From NCBI GenBank assembly GCA_964425445.1, contig CAYRLY010000001.1, positions 5,537-69,536 on the forward strand: 64,000 bases of DNA, given 5' to 3'. Positions 30,449-39,348 of this stretch are shown in pieces. This stretch comes from an uncultured Candidatus Saccharibacteria bacterium (GTDB lineage Bacteria; Patescibacteriota; UBA1384; XYA2-FULL-43-10; CAINNR01). How positions within the stretch are numbered: position 1 is the first letter of the stretch; the number at the start of each line of letters is the position of its first letter. The notes under the pieces were generated by a model that was not told where the DNA came from, ran no database searches, and saw only the letters and a list, made by a program, of their open reading frames with translations. Made by a program: the position numbers and the translations under genes.

Positions 30449-31237
30449 ATGTTTATTGATACTCATGCACACTTAGACTTTCCAGAGTTTAAAAATGAAG
30501 TTCACCAGGTCTTGGGCCGGGCGAACTCTGCTGAAGTCAAAAGAATTATAAATGTCGGCGTTGATGTCGATTCCTCGAAGAGATCCGTTGATTTAGCTCG
30601 CAAATATCCTGAAGTTTATGCCGCGTGTGGAGTACATCCTCATTCTGCTAATGATCTCGATATCGAAGCCAATCAGAAACTGCTCTCAATTACTAATCAT
30701 CCGAAGGTGGTGGCGATCGGTGAGATCGGTCTGGACTATTACTATCTCAAGCGTTCGTCACAATTTTCCAAATACCCTTCGCGCGAAAAACAAATTTTAT
30801 GTTTTGAACAAATGCTTGATCTCTCGGTTGAATTACGACTGCCGGTTATTATTCATTCACGTGAGGCTGATTCCGATGTTTATGCAATTTTAAAAAGCTA
30901 TCAAAAAGATATTCGGGGCGTGGTTCATTGCTTTTCCTCCGATTGGGATTTTGCAAAAAAAATCCTCGATTTAAATATGGCAATATCATTCACCGGTAAC
31001 ATCACTTATAAGCAGGGCACAGAGGTCGAGCGAATTATTAAAGAGCTTCCACTTGGATCGATGATGATCGAGACTGATTGTCCGTATCTTGCGCCGGAAC
31101 CGTTTCGAGGCAAGCGTAATGAGCCGGCTTACGTTGTCAAAGTTGCAGAGGAGATTGCTAGAATTAAAGATCTGCCTTTGTCTGAAGTCGAGCGCCAAAC
31201 GACTAAAAAAGCGATGACACTTTTTGGAATAAAATAA
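30449..31237 (+). CDS. tatD: TatD family nuclease
   Basis: IDTHAHL, GVHP, AIGEIGLD, IETDCPYLAP. Confidence 0.95.
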   Translation: MFIDTHAHLDFPEFKNEVHQVLGRANSAEVKRIINVGVDVDSSKRSVDLARKYPEVYAACGVHPHSANDLDIEANQKLLSITNHPKVVAIGEIGLDYYYLKRSSQFSKYPSREKQILCFEQMLDLSVELRLPVIIHSREADSDVYAILKSYQKDIRGVVHCFSSDWDFAKKILDLNMAISFTGNITYKQGTEVERIIKELPLGSMMIETDCPYLAPEPFRGKRNEPAYVVKVAEEIARIKDLPLSEVERQTTKKAMTLFGIK

Positions 31238-31293
31238 TTTTGTTGACTCATTCGACCATGACCAGAGTCAACTCTGAATGGCCAACAACAGAG

Positions 31294-31335
31294 TTGACAA
31301 AAAGTTACCTAAAATGTTACCTTATTTACAGGTAA
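31294..31335 (+). promoter_or_regulatory. Promoter with overlapping GTTACCT / AGGTAA repeats (putative operator)
   Basis: TTGACA 31294; GTTACCT at 31304 and 31316; inverted AGGTAA at 31330. Confidence 0.55.
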
Positions 31336-31355
31336 TTCTTTAAATTTATATCATA

Positions 31356-31565
31356 ATGAAAAACATTAACGTAAATGAACTACAAAACACAATTTCACAG
31401 GTAATGCGCGAAGTTGAATCGGGTGAGGTTTTTGAAGTAAGTCGTTATTCCAAGCCGGTGGCTTATTTAGTGCCACAACGTGAGTATGAAGCAGCTGTTT
31501 CCGGCAGTGGCTGCAAGGCTTGTATGGCAGATTTACGAAAAATCGCAAAAGAAATTAAAAAATGA
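31356..31565 (+). CDS. Phd/YefM-family protein with C-terminal CxxC, no adjacent toxin
   Basis: MKNINVNELQNTISQVMREVESGEVFEVSRYSKPVAYLVP pattern; GCKAC; ATGA overlap with iscS. Confidence 0.8.
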   Translation: MKNINVNELQNTISQVMREVESGEVFEVSRYSKPVAYLVPQREYEAAVSGSGCKACMADLRKIAKEIKK

Positions 31566-32827
31566 AAAGAATATACTTAGATAATTCAGCTACTACTCCG
31601 ACCGATCCGGAGGTTTTAAAGGTAATGTTACCGTGTTTTTCTGATGATTTTGGTAATCCTTCGTCGATTCACAATTTTGGTCAAAGTGCTAGATCAGCAA
31701 TCGATGAGTCAAGGGTAACAATTGCCAAGTTTCTAAATTGCAAATCAACGGAAATAATTTTTACTTCCGGCGGTAGTGAATCGGATAATCTCGCCCTAAA
31801 GGGCGTAGTTGAAAGTCTAAAGCCTCAAGTTAAAAACCGAAAGCCTCATGTGATTACTAGTGCTTTTGAACATCATGCAGTTTTGGATACCATTAAAGAG
31901 TTGGAAAATGACGGAGTGGTTGAAGCCACATACATTAAGCCCAATTCTGACGGGATAATTAAAACTGGAAGTGTTGAAAAAGCGATCAAAAATAATACCG
32001 TTCTAATTTCAATTATGTATGTCAATAATGAAATCGGTACGCTCCAGCCGATTAGAGAGATCGGACAGATGATTGAAAGAATCAATGAAGCAAGGAGTAA
32101 GAAGCAAGGAGTAAAAAGTGGAAACAAAATCCTTACTTCTAACCCCATACTTCATACTTCTGAAAATTCGTCGCGGATTTTTTTTCATTCAGACGCGGTT
32201 CAGGCGGCAGAATATTTTGAGATGAATGTTGATTATTTACATGTTGATCTACTTTCGATGTCAGCACACAAAATTTATGGACCAAAAGGTATCGGCTTGC
32301 TTTATATTCGTTCTGGAACGCCGATAAAACATCAGATTGTCGGAGGCGGTCAAGAATACAAAAAAAGGGCGGGAACGGAAAATGTGCCGGGAATTGTTGG
32401 CTTTGCGAAAGCAGTAGAATTAATAAATTCTAAATCCGAATATCGAAATTCAAAATTCAATATTCAAGAACTTTGTGATAGATTAATTGATGGTTTGTTA
32501 GAAATTCCAAAATCAAGGTTAAATGGTAGTCGGGAGCAAAGAAGTCCGGCGAATGTAAATATCTCGTTTTTAAATGCCGAAGGAGAGTCGATTTTGCTGA
32601 ATCTGGATATGGAGGGCATTGCTGCTTCAACCGGCTCTGCCTGTACTTCCGGATCGCTCGAGCCGTCGCATGTGCTTTCCTCATTGGCTTTGCCGCCAGA
32701 GGAATGCCATGGTTCGGTTCGTTTCACACTTGGAAGACAAACTAGCGCTGAAGAAATTGATAAAGTTATTTTGGCAATGAAAAATATTGTTGAGAAATTA
32801 CGCAAAATGAGTCCATTAAAAATTTAA
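31562..32827 (+). CDS. iscS: Cysteine desulfurase
   Basis: YLDNSATT, SAHKIYGPKG, STGSACTSG. Confidence 0.95.
   Translation: MKRIYLDNSATTPTDPEVLKVMLPCFSDDFGNPSSIHNFGQSARSAIDESRVTIAKFLNCKSTEIIFTSGGSESDNLALKGVVESLKPQVKNRKPHVITSAFEHHAVLDTIKELENDGVVEATYIKPNSDGIIKTGSVEKAIKNNTVLISIMYVNNEIGTLQPIREIGQMIERINEARSKKQGVKSGNKILTSNPILHTSENSSRIFFHSDAVQAAEYFEMNVDYLHVDLLSMSAHKIYGPKGIGLLYIRSGTPIKHQIVGGGQEYKKRAGTENVPGIVGFAKAVELINSKSEYRNSKFNIQELCDRLIDGLLEIPKSRLNGSREQRSPANVNISFLNAEGESILLNLDMEGIAASTGSACTSGSLEPSHVLSSLALPPEECHGSVRFTLGRQTSAEEIDKVILAMKNIVEKLRKMSPLKI
32087..32162 (+). repeat. Inverted pair of heptamer tracts in frame in iscS
   Basis: GAAGCAA GGAGTAA x2, then CCTTACT TCTAACC CCATACT TCATACT. Confidence 0.8.
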
Positions 32828-32865
32828 AATCCCGCCATGGGCGGGAGTCGGTCTTGCGGCATGAG

Positions 32866-33129
32866 TTACGCCGCAGGGAAGATAGTGCGGAAGCGCTCGA
32901 TGACCCGCTCGGTCATCTCAGTACCGTAGGTCTCGCGGTCGGTAGCGTCTCTGACCCCGTCAGTCTCGTGGTCCCAGCACTGGTCGAGGTATGAGGAACC
33001 GCAGGGGTTGGTCTCGCCGATATTCGAGCGAATATGCTCTTCGGTGAGCTCCCCCCCATCCTCTTCGGTGATCCTCTTCGCGCGTACGAGCATGCCGTCA
33101 ATCTGTTCGTCAGAAATACTGCTTCTCAT
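32866..33129 (-). CDS. Hypothetical acidic protein (GC-rich) between iscS and iscU
   Basis: SD GGAGG, minus-strand TTGACA at 33193, hairpin 32830-32846. Confidence 0.6.
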   Translation of the reverse strand: MRSSISDEQIDGMLVRAKRITEEDGGELTEEHIRSNIGETNPCGSSYLDQCWDHETDGVRDATDRETYGTEMTERVIERFRTIFPAA

Positions 33130-33207
33130 GGCGTTTCCTCCGATTTAGTTTTGGACGCTAAATATTTGTAACATAAAATAATAAATCTGTCAATAATAAG
33201 GAGTAAA

Positions 33208-33624
33208 ATGGAAAATATATATAGCGAAAAAATTATGGATCACTTTCGCAACCCGAGAAATCTTGGGGAAATTGCTGACGCCGATGGTGTTGGTGTTGTT
33301 GGCAACCCAAGGTGCGGTGATGTGATGAAAATGTATATTAAAGTCGAAAGTCGAAAGTCGCAAGTCGGAAAGACCGAGGAATTTATCAGAGATATTAGAT
33401 TCCAAACTTTGGGCTGCGGAGCGGCGATCGCTTCCTCGTCAATAGCGACCGAGATGGCAAAAGATAAAACTCTTGATGAAGCGCTAAAAATCTCCGGTAA
33501 GGACATTTCACGTGAAATGGGCAAATTCCCCCCGGCAAAATTTCATTGTTCGATCTTAGCTGAAGAAGGAATAAAAAAAGCCATCGCTGATTATAGAAAA
33601 AACGAAGTAAGGAGAAAAAAGTAG
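33208..33624 (+). CDS. iscU: Fe-S scaffold protein IscU/NifU
   Basis: YSEKIMDHF, GNPRCGDVM, GCGAAIASSS, KFHCS. Confidence 0.95.
   Translation: MENIYSEKIMDHFRNPRNLGEIADADGVGVVGNPRCGDVMKMYIKVESRKSQVGKTEEFIRDIRFQTLGCGAAIASSSIATEMAKDKTLDEALKISGKDISREMGKFPPAKFHCSILAEEGIKKAIADYRKNEVRRKK
33340..33367 (+). repeat. Heptamer tract in frame in iscU
   Basis: AAAGTCG x3 then CAAGTCG. Confidence 0.9.
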
Positions 33625-33626
33625 GA

Positions 33627-34430
33627 ATGAAAGTTTTTGATGGCCGAAAAATTCAAAAAGAAATCCTGGCTAAGATTAAGAAACGGCTAGAAAAAATTGA
33701 TTACCAGCCAACACTAGCGGTGATTTGGGTTGGCAATGATCCGATCTCTGCTCGGTATGTGGCAATAAAACAACGAATTGCTGAAGATTTGGGGATACAT
33801 TTTGATATTTATAAATATTCGACCGATGTCGAAATCGAAGAGTTAATTTCAAAGATTAAGGAGTTAAATCTGGAGAAAAAAGTCGATGGGATAATGATCC
33901 AGATGCCACTTCCGAGTCGAGTTGATTCAATAAAAATAATTTCAGAAATTGACCCCAAAAAGGATGTTGACGGGCTTAGAATGTGTGCTGATCTTGTATG
34001 CGAGATAAGACCGCCGGTAATAAAATCGGTGCTTATGGCAATAAAATCATCCGGTGTGGATATCAGGAAAAGCAAGGTAGCAATTGTTGGTAAGGGTTTC
34101 TTGGTTGGTGCACCACTTATTAAAATCCTGCAACAATTGGCTCTCGAGCTTAATGTTGCCGATATAGAAACCCCATACATTGGCACTATGACTGCCGATG
34201 CTGATATTGTGATCTCAGCGACGGGCAAAGCCGGTCTCATCACTTCGGATATTGTCAAGGATGGAGTCGTGATAGTCGACGCTGGTACCTCGGAAGTTGG
34301 CGGAGAACTTAGGGGGGATGTCGATCCTGAAGTTTACAAAAAGGCCTCGCACTATACTCCAGTCCCCGGTGGAATTGGTCCGGTAACCGTGGCAATGTTA
34401 TTTAAGAATTTAATTGAAAAATTGAAGTAA
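33627..34430 (+). CDS. folD: Methylenetetrahydrofolate dehydrogenase/cyclohydrolase
   Basis: GIMIQMPLP, KDVDG, TPVPGGIGPVTVAML. Confidence 0.92.
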   Translation: MKVFDGRKIQKEILAKIKKRLEKIDYQPTLAVIWVGNDPISARYVAIKQRIAEDLGIHFDIYKYSTDVEIEELISKIKELNLEKKVDGIMIQMPLPSRVDSIKIISEIDPKKDVDGLRMCADLVCEIRPPVIKSVLMAIKSSGVDIRKSKVAIVGKGFLVGAPLIKILQQLALELNVADIETPYIGTMTADADIVISATGKAGLITSDIVKDGVVIVDAGTSEVGGELRGDVDPEVYKKASHYTPVPGGIGPVTVAMLFKNLIEKLK

Positions 34431-35566
34431 TGAAGCTAGCTGTTGCGATGTCCGGAGGCGTTGATTCTTCGGTAGTAGCTAAAATTTTAAAAGATCAGGG
34501 CCACGATCTAGTCGGTTTATTTTTAAAGATGTGGTCTGACCCGACCTGCTCAGCTAAAAAGGAGAATCGTTGTTGTGACTACGAAGCGCTTGAGGATGCA
34601 AGAGTAGTAGCAAAAAGTCTTAATATTCCTTTTTATGTTATTAATGCTGAAAAAGAATTTAAGAAAATGGTTGTCGATTATTTCCTTGATGAATATAAGA
34701 ATTTACGGACTCCAAACCCCTGCGTTGTTTGTAATAAAAAAATCAAATTTGATCTTCTTTTGCGCAAAGCGCTAGGGATTGATTGTGACAAGTTGGCAAC
34801 CGGACACTACGCCAGAATTGTCGAGGACAATTCTGGAATTTCTAAATTCGAAATCCGAAGCACGAAACAAAAAAAATCAAATTTCAAACTATTAAAAGGA
34901 ATTGACGAAACAAAGGACCAATCCTATATGCTTTATTCTTTAAATCAGGATCAACTTGGGAAAATTATCTTCCCTATTGGAGGAATGAGGAAAAAAAATG
35001 TTCGGGATTTAGCGATTAAATGGAATCTCCCAGTTAAGGAAAAGCCGGAGAGCCAGGAGATCTGTTTTTTCGCTGATAGAGATTATCGCTTATTTTTAAA
35101 AAGATATTTGCCGAAGAAATATTTTCGATCAGGTGACATTGTTGATACTAATGGTAAAAAAATTGGAAAACATGAAGGCTTGATAAATTACACAATTGGA
35201 CAGCGGAAAAGGTTGGAGCAAGAAGTATGGAGCAAGAAGTATGGAGATAAAAAACCATTATATGTTATCGGATTTGATATCAGGAATAATCAGTTAATCG
35301 TTGGCGAGGACAAAGATGTTTATTCGGATAAAATGGTGGTGACAGATTTAAATTTTATCCATGATTCACAATTCATAATTCATTATTCTAATCTTACAGT
35401 GAAGATTCGCTATCAACATCCGGCTGTGGAGTGCCAGATTGAAAATATTTCTAACAAAGAACTAAAAGTAAAATTCAAAAAATCCCAGAGAGCAATAACC
35501 CCGGGTCAATCAGCAGTGTTTTATCTAGAGGACGAGGTCATTAGTGGCGGAGTAATTGAATCTTAG
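34430..35566 (+). CDS. mnmA: tRNA 2-thiouridylase
   Basis: AMSGGVDSS, TPNPCVVCN, ATGHYA, KDQSY, YTIGQR, ITPGQSAVFY. Confidence 0.97.
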   Translation: MKLAVAMSGGVDSSVVAKILKDQGHDLVGLFLKMWSDPTCSAKKENRCCDYEALEDARVVAKSLNIPFYVINAEKEFKKMVVDYFLDEYKNLRTPNPCVVCNKKIKFDLLLRKALGIDCDKLATGHYARIVEDNSGISKFEIRSTKQKKSNFKLLKGIDETKDQSYMLYSLNQDQLGKIIFPIGGMRKKNVRDLAIKWNLPVKEKPESQEICFFADRDYRLFLKRYLPKKYFRSGDIVDTNGKKIGKHEGLINYTIGQRKRLEQEVWSKKYGDKKPLYVIGFDIRNNQLIVGEDKDVYSDKMVVTDLNFIHDSQFIIHYSNLTVKIRYQHPAVECQIENISNKELKVKFKKSQRAITPGQSAVFYLEDEVISGGVIES

Positions 35567-35639
35567 ATAGTTGCACATTCTACTTTATCTTTTTTTTAAT
35601 TTATTTAAAAACCCCGACGCAATGATCGGGGCGGGGCTG

Positions 35640-36173
35640 TCATCCGCTAGTGACCTTCTGGGCCAGGCGGATGATCTCTGATAGAGGGTGGTGCCGACGC
35701 ATCCTCAGCACCGACCATGGGAGACGTATGTCTCTGGGTTCAGGATTCGAGGAGGTGCTGACCACCGGTGTTCCATCATTGGTCTCTTCAGACTCAGGGC
35801 CAGGCTCTAGATATGGGAGGTCGATTACCGGCATGCCATCCTCGGCCTCCTCGGGCGTGGTAGCGAAGACGATCAGACGTTTCTTGATCTCCTCGATCGT
35901 CTCGCCGGTGATCTTGGCGATCTTATCAAAAGGAATCAGATCGGTGACGACACCCGCCGGTACCGGTCCGCCGGAGGCAATATCCCCGGCATTGTGTTGG
36001 AGAAATACAACATCGCCAACACCGAGCCGGAAGGTGATCCGACTGGCGGCTCGAATCGCCACGATCTCCTGTTCTTTGCCACTTATATCGGGGAATGGTA
36101 TGAACTCTACTCCACAGTCGGCGGTTCCGATTATGGGGCTATCCGACACAACGACGATTCTACCTTTGCCCAT
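35640..36173 (-). CDS. Hypothetical protein (GC-rich solitary gene)
   Basis: Long ORF; SD AAGGGAG before ATG 36173 (ORF track starts at 36206); hairpin 35610-35637. Confidence 0.55.
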   Translation of the reverse strand: MGKGRIVVVSDSPIIGTADCGVEFIPFPDISGKEQEIVAIRAASRITFRLGVGDVVFLQHNAGDIASGGPVPAGVVTDLIPFDKIAKITGETIEEIKKRLIVFATTPEEAEDGMPVIDLPYLEPGPESEETNDGTPVVSTSSNPEPRDIRLPWSVLRMRRHHPLSEIIRLAQKVTSG

Positions 36174-36252
36174 TCCAAAGACTCCCTTCGGGGGATTCAT
36201 GCTCAAGATTTTTATAACATAATACTAAAAAATAGTCAATGGTTTTTTCGGT

Positions 36253-36419
36253 AACTGCCCCCATTACTATCATTATTTAGAGGATCTCTCGACAAAGCTC
36301 GAAATGTACACCTATTCCCACACCCCGTAGGTGTGGGAATAGGTGTGAGAACCCCGTGCTTGAACAAGTCAAGAGATCCTTCACTATGTTCATGATGACA
36401 CAAGATCGAGTGAGCAGTT
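36253..36419. repeat. Nested palindromic intergenic element (REP-like cluster or structured RNA)
   Basis: Perfect 17-bp hairpin ACACCTATTCCCACACC / GGTGTGGGAATAGGTGT inside outer arms GGATCTCT / AGAGATCC and AACTGC / GCAGTT. Confidence 0.6.
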
Positions 36420-36459
36420 ATTTTTGGTGCCAATTGTTGCTTTGTTGTACAATTAAGCC

Positions 36460-38511
36460 ATGGAAATAACTCTAAAAACCAAAGTCCAGTATCTCAAAGG
36501 CGTCGGGCCGAAAATGGCCTCGAGGTTAGATCGACTGGGGATTAAAACAATTTACGACCTCATCTTTTATTTTCCTAGGACATATTGTGATTATTCCAAA
36601 ATTACCAAAATAGCCGATCTAACAATTTCTAATTCCGAATTTCTAATTTCTAATGAATATCAAAACCCAAATGTTAAAACAATAAAGGCCAAAATCATCA
36701 ACATCGCTAATCGAAGAACATCTAGACGTAGATTCACGGTTACTGAAGCGGTAGTTGCCGACGAAACTGGCAGTATAAAAGTAGTTTGGTTCAATCAACC
36801 GTATCTGGAAAAAATGTTAAAAGCTGGCAGAGAGATTATTTTAAACGGGAAAGTTAGAAGAAGCAGTTATTCCGGTGAGTTGCAGATGGAGTCGCCAAAT
36901 AGGGCTGATAAACCAAAGATTGTGCCGGTTTATTCGGAAACTGTGGGCATATCGAGCTACTATATACAGAAGTTAGTAAAATCTGTCAGCTGTCAGCTTT
37001 TAGTTGTCAGAGAATACCTTCCGGAAGAAATTATTAAAAAAAATAATTTAGTAGGGATATCGGCTGCGATTTCCGAACTGCATCAGCCGACAAGTACGGA
37101 AAAATTAGGAGAGGCTAGAGATCGGATGGCTTTTGATGAACTTTTTCTTTTTTCTCTTCAGAAACAGCTGTTGAAAAAAGATATTTTAATTCACGGTTCA
37201 CCAAAGATTGAGATAGACGAGGATTTTTTAAAAAAGTTCACCAAATCTTTGCCTTTTGAACTCACCGGAGCGCAGAAAAAAACGGCGTGGGCTATAATAA
37301 AAGACTTAAACTCCGATAAGCCGATGAATCGGCTCTTGAACGGTGACGTTGGTTCAGGCAAAACTGTGGTCGCAGCGATGGCGGCGGCTTTAGTGGTTAA
37401 ATCTGGCCTGCGGGTGGCAGTGATGGCACCGACAGAAATTTTAACACTTCAACATTATGAGACCTTAAAGAAGATATTACCCTCATTCTCGATTTCAGTC
37501 GGTTTAGTTAGCGGAAGCAAAAAGGAGCTTGTGGATGCGGAGATTGTTGTTGGTACTCATGCACTGATTAGCGGAAAAACTATTCAAAAAAATCTTGGTT
37601 TAGTAATTATTGACGAGCAACATCGTTTTGGTGTCCAGCAGAGAGAAAAACTTTTGCAAACGAAAACTAGTCGACGTCCGCATTTTCTTTCAATGACGGC
37701 GACGCCGATCCCGAGGACAATGTCACTAGTATTATTTGCCGATTTAGATGTTTCAGTAATTGATGAAATGCCGAGAAACCGCAAAAAAATTATTACAAAA
37801 GTAATTGCTGGAGATCGTCGCAAATCAGCCTACAATTTTATTCGAAAAGAGATCGATGAGGGCCATCAGGCGTTTGTTATTTGTCCATTGATTGAGGAGC
37901 AAGAGAAAGTGAGCGGAAAGTTAGAGATTTTCGAAGAGGATAGAAAAGCAGTGCTCCATGAATACAAAAAACTGAATGAGGAGATTTTTCCCGGTGCCAA
38001 AATCGCCATGCTTCATGGGAAGATGAAGTCAGGGGAGAAGGAGAGAGTGATGGCAGATTTTCGGGAGAAAAAATTTGACATTTTGGTGTCTACATCGGTG
38101 GTCGAGGTTGGAGTCGATATTCCTGGAGCGACGATTATGATGATTGAAAACGCCGATCGTTTTGGGCTTGCCCAACTTCACCAATTCCGTGGTCGTGTCG
38201 GCCGATCTGATTTACAGTCGTATTGCCTTCTCTTCTCATCATCGATGAGCGAAAATGCTCGCAAGCGGCTGAAGTATATGGAAAATATTCATTCTGGTTT
38301 TGAGCTAGCAGAAAAGGATCTAAAACTGCGAGGCCCAGGGGTTTTGTATGGCTACAAGCAGTCTGGTTTCTGGGATTTCCAGTTCGCCAGTTTGAATGAT
38401 AAAATAATGATAGAGAAAGCGACAGAAGCGGCCAAGACAGTCATTGGCGAAATTGAAAAATATCCACTGATATTAAAGAAGATTAGTGATAGATCAAAAC
38501 ATCTTGAGTAA
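36460..38511 (+). CDS. recG: ATP-dependent DNA helicase RecG
   Basis: LKGVGPK, RLLNGDVGSGKT, IDEQHRFG, MTATPIPRT, QFRGRVGR. Confidence 0.97.
   Translation: MEITLKTKVQYLKGVGPKMASRLDRLGIKTIYDLIFYFPRTYCDYSKITKIADLTISNSEFLISNEYQNPNVKTIKAKIINIANRRTSRRRFTVTEAVVADETGSIKVVWFNQPYLEKMLKAGREIILNGKVRRSSYSGELQMESPNRADKPKIVPVYSETVGISSYYIQKLVKSVSCQLLVVREYLPEEIIKKNNLVGISAAISELHQPTSTEKLGEARDRMAFDELFLFSLQKQLLKKDILIHGSPKIEIDEDFLKKFTKSLPFELTGAQKKTAWAIIKDLNSDKPMNRLLNGDVGSGKTVVAAMAAALVVKSGLRVAVMAPTEILTLQHYETLKKILPSFSISVGLVSGSKKELVDAEIVVGTHALISGKTIQKNLGLVIIDEQHRFGVQQREKLLQTKTSRRPHFLSMTATPIPRTMSLVLFADLDVSVIDEMPRNRKKIITKVIAGDRRKSAYNFIRKEIDEGHQAFVICPLIEEQEKVSGKLEIFEEDRKAVLHEYKKLNEEIFPGAKIAMLHGKMKSGEKERVMADFREKKFDILVSTSVVEVGVDIPGATIMMIENADRFGLAQLHQFRGRVGRSDLQSYCLLFSSSMSENARKRLKYMENIHSGFELAEKDLKLRGPGVLYGYKQSGFWDFQFASLNDKIMIEKATEAAKTVIGEIEKYPLILKKISDRSKHLE
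36624..36658 (+). repeat. Heptamer tract in frame in recG
   Basis: AATTTCT AATTCCG AATTTCT AATTTCT. Confidence 0.85.
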
Positions 38512-38533
38512 CTTGAATCATAAATGATTTGAG

Positions 38534-39016
38534 ATGAAAGATTTATTTGAAAAATACAGCAATTGGATCGGACTGGGACTGATAATTTTATCGCTCATTG
38601 GTGGGACATTATTAATAATGAAAAAAGGTACTCTGGCGGGGGAATCGAACAAAAATTCGCTGATGGAAGAAAAAAATCAAAAAATCTCTGAACTTGAAAA
38701 TAAAATTACTGATTTAGAAGGCCAAATTGAACAGTTAAAATCTGCCACACCGTCTGCGGATTCACAACCGGCGACTTCCCCATCTCCGTCGGCATCTCTG
38801 ACGCCTACTCCAAGTCAAGCTGCCGGCAAGATTAATATTAATACTGCAACTGTCGTTCAGCTTGACTCACTGCCAGGTATTGGCCCGGTCTACGCCCAGC
38901 GGATAATTGATTACCGAACTGCTAATGGCCCTTTCACCTCAATAGACCAGGTACAGAATGTAAAAGGTATAGGCCCGAAGACTTTGGAAAAATTTCGTGA
39001 TCTAGTGACGATTTAG
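38534..39016 (+). CDS. comEA: ComEA-type HhH DNA-uptake protein
   Basis: N-terminal TM, coiled coil, KININTAT..LPGIGP..VKGIGPK. Confidence 0.85.
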   Translation: MKDLFEKYSNWIGLGLIILSLIGGTLLIMKKGTLAGESNKNSLMEEKNQKISELENKITDLEGQIEQLKSATPSADSQPATSPSPSASLTPTPSQAAGKININTATVVQLDSLPGIGPVYAQRIIDYRTANGPFTSIDQVQNVKGIGPKTLEKFRDLVTI

Positions 39017-39057
39017 TCTGGACATTTTGGACAATAACGGGTACAATTTTGCTGTTT

Positions 39058-39144
39058 GGGCGTATGGTGGAATTGGTAGACACGCATGCCTTAGGAGCAT
39101 GTGGAGTAAAATCCATGGGGGTTCGAGTCCCTCTACGCCCACCA
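39058..39144 (+). tRNA. tRNA-Leu(TAG)
   Basis: GGGCGTA/TACGCCC acceptor stem, CATGC-CTTAGGA-GCATG anticodon arm, long variable arm, encoded CCA. Confidence 0.97.
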
Positions 39145-39195
39145 AGCTGAGGAAGTAATTCGTTTAGTTTTTCGGCTTGGTGAGTGCAATATTTC

Positions 39196-39293
39196 GGGGA
39201 CGAGAAAGCCGGAGGCGCGACTGGCGCCGAGGCGGGGTCGAGCGAAATTTCAGCAGAAATTTACGCGTGACCGAGTCCCTCTACGCCCACCAA
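39196..39293 (+). mobile_element. tRNA-associated structured element, copy 1, with 22-bp tRNA 3'-end duplication
   Basis: 39272-39293 equals 39124-39145; core shared with 46752-46849. Mobility is inferred. Confidence 0.7.
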
Positions 39294-39348
39294 TTTGAGA
39301 AAAAAACTGGATTTATTCCAGTTTTTGTTATTTTGTTATAATAAATGC

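Noticed and set aside
31356-31565. Complete type II toxin-antitoxin module
   Set aside because: No toxin ORF is adjacent; the neighbours are tatD and iscS.
35650-36222. 190-aa plus-strand ORF
   Set aside because: It is the antisense shadow of the minus-strand gene, which has the SD and terminator.
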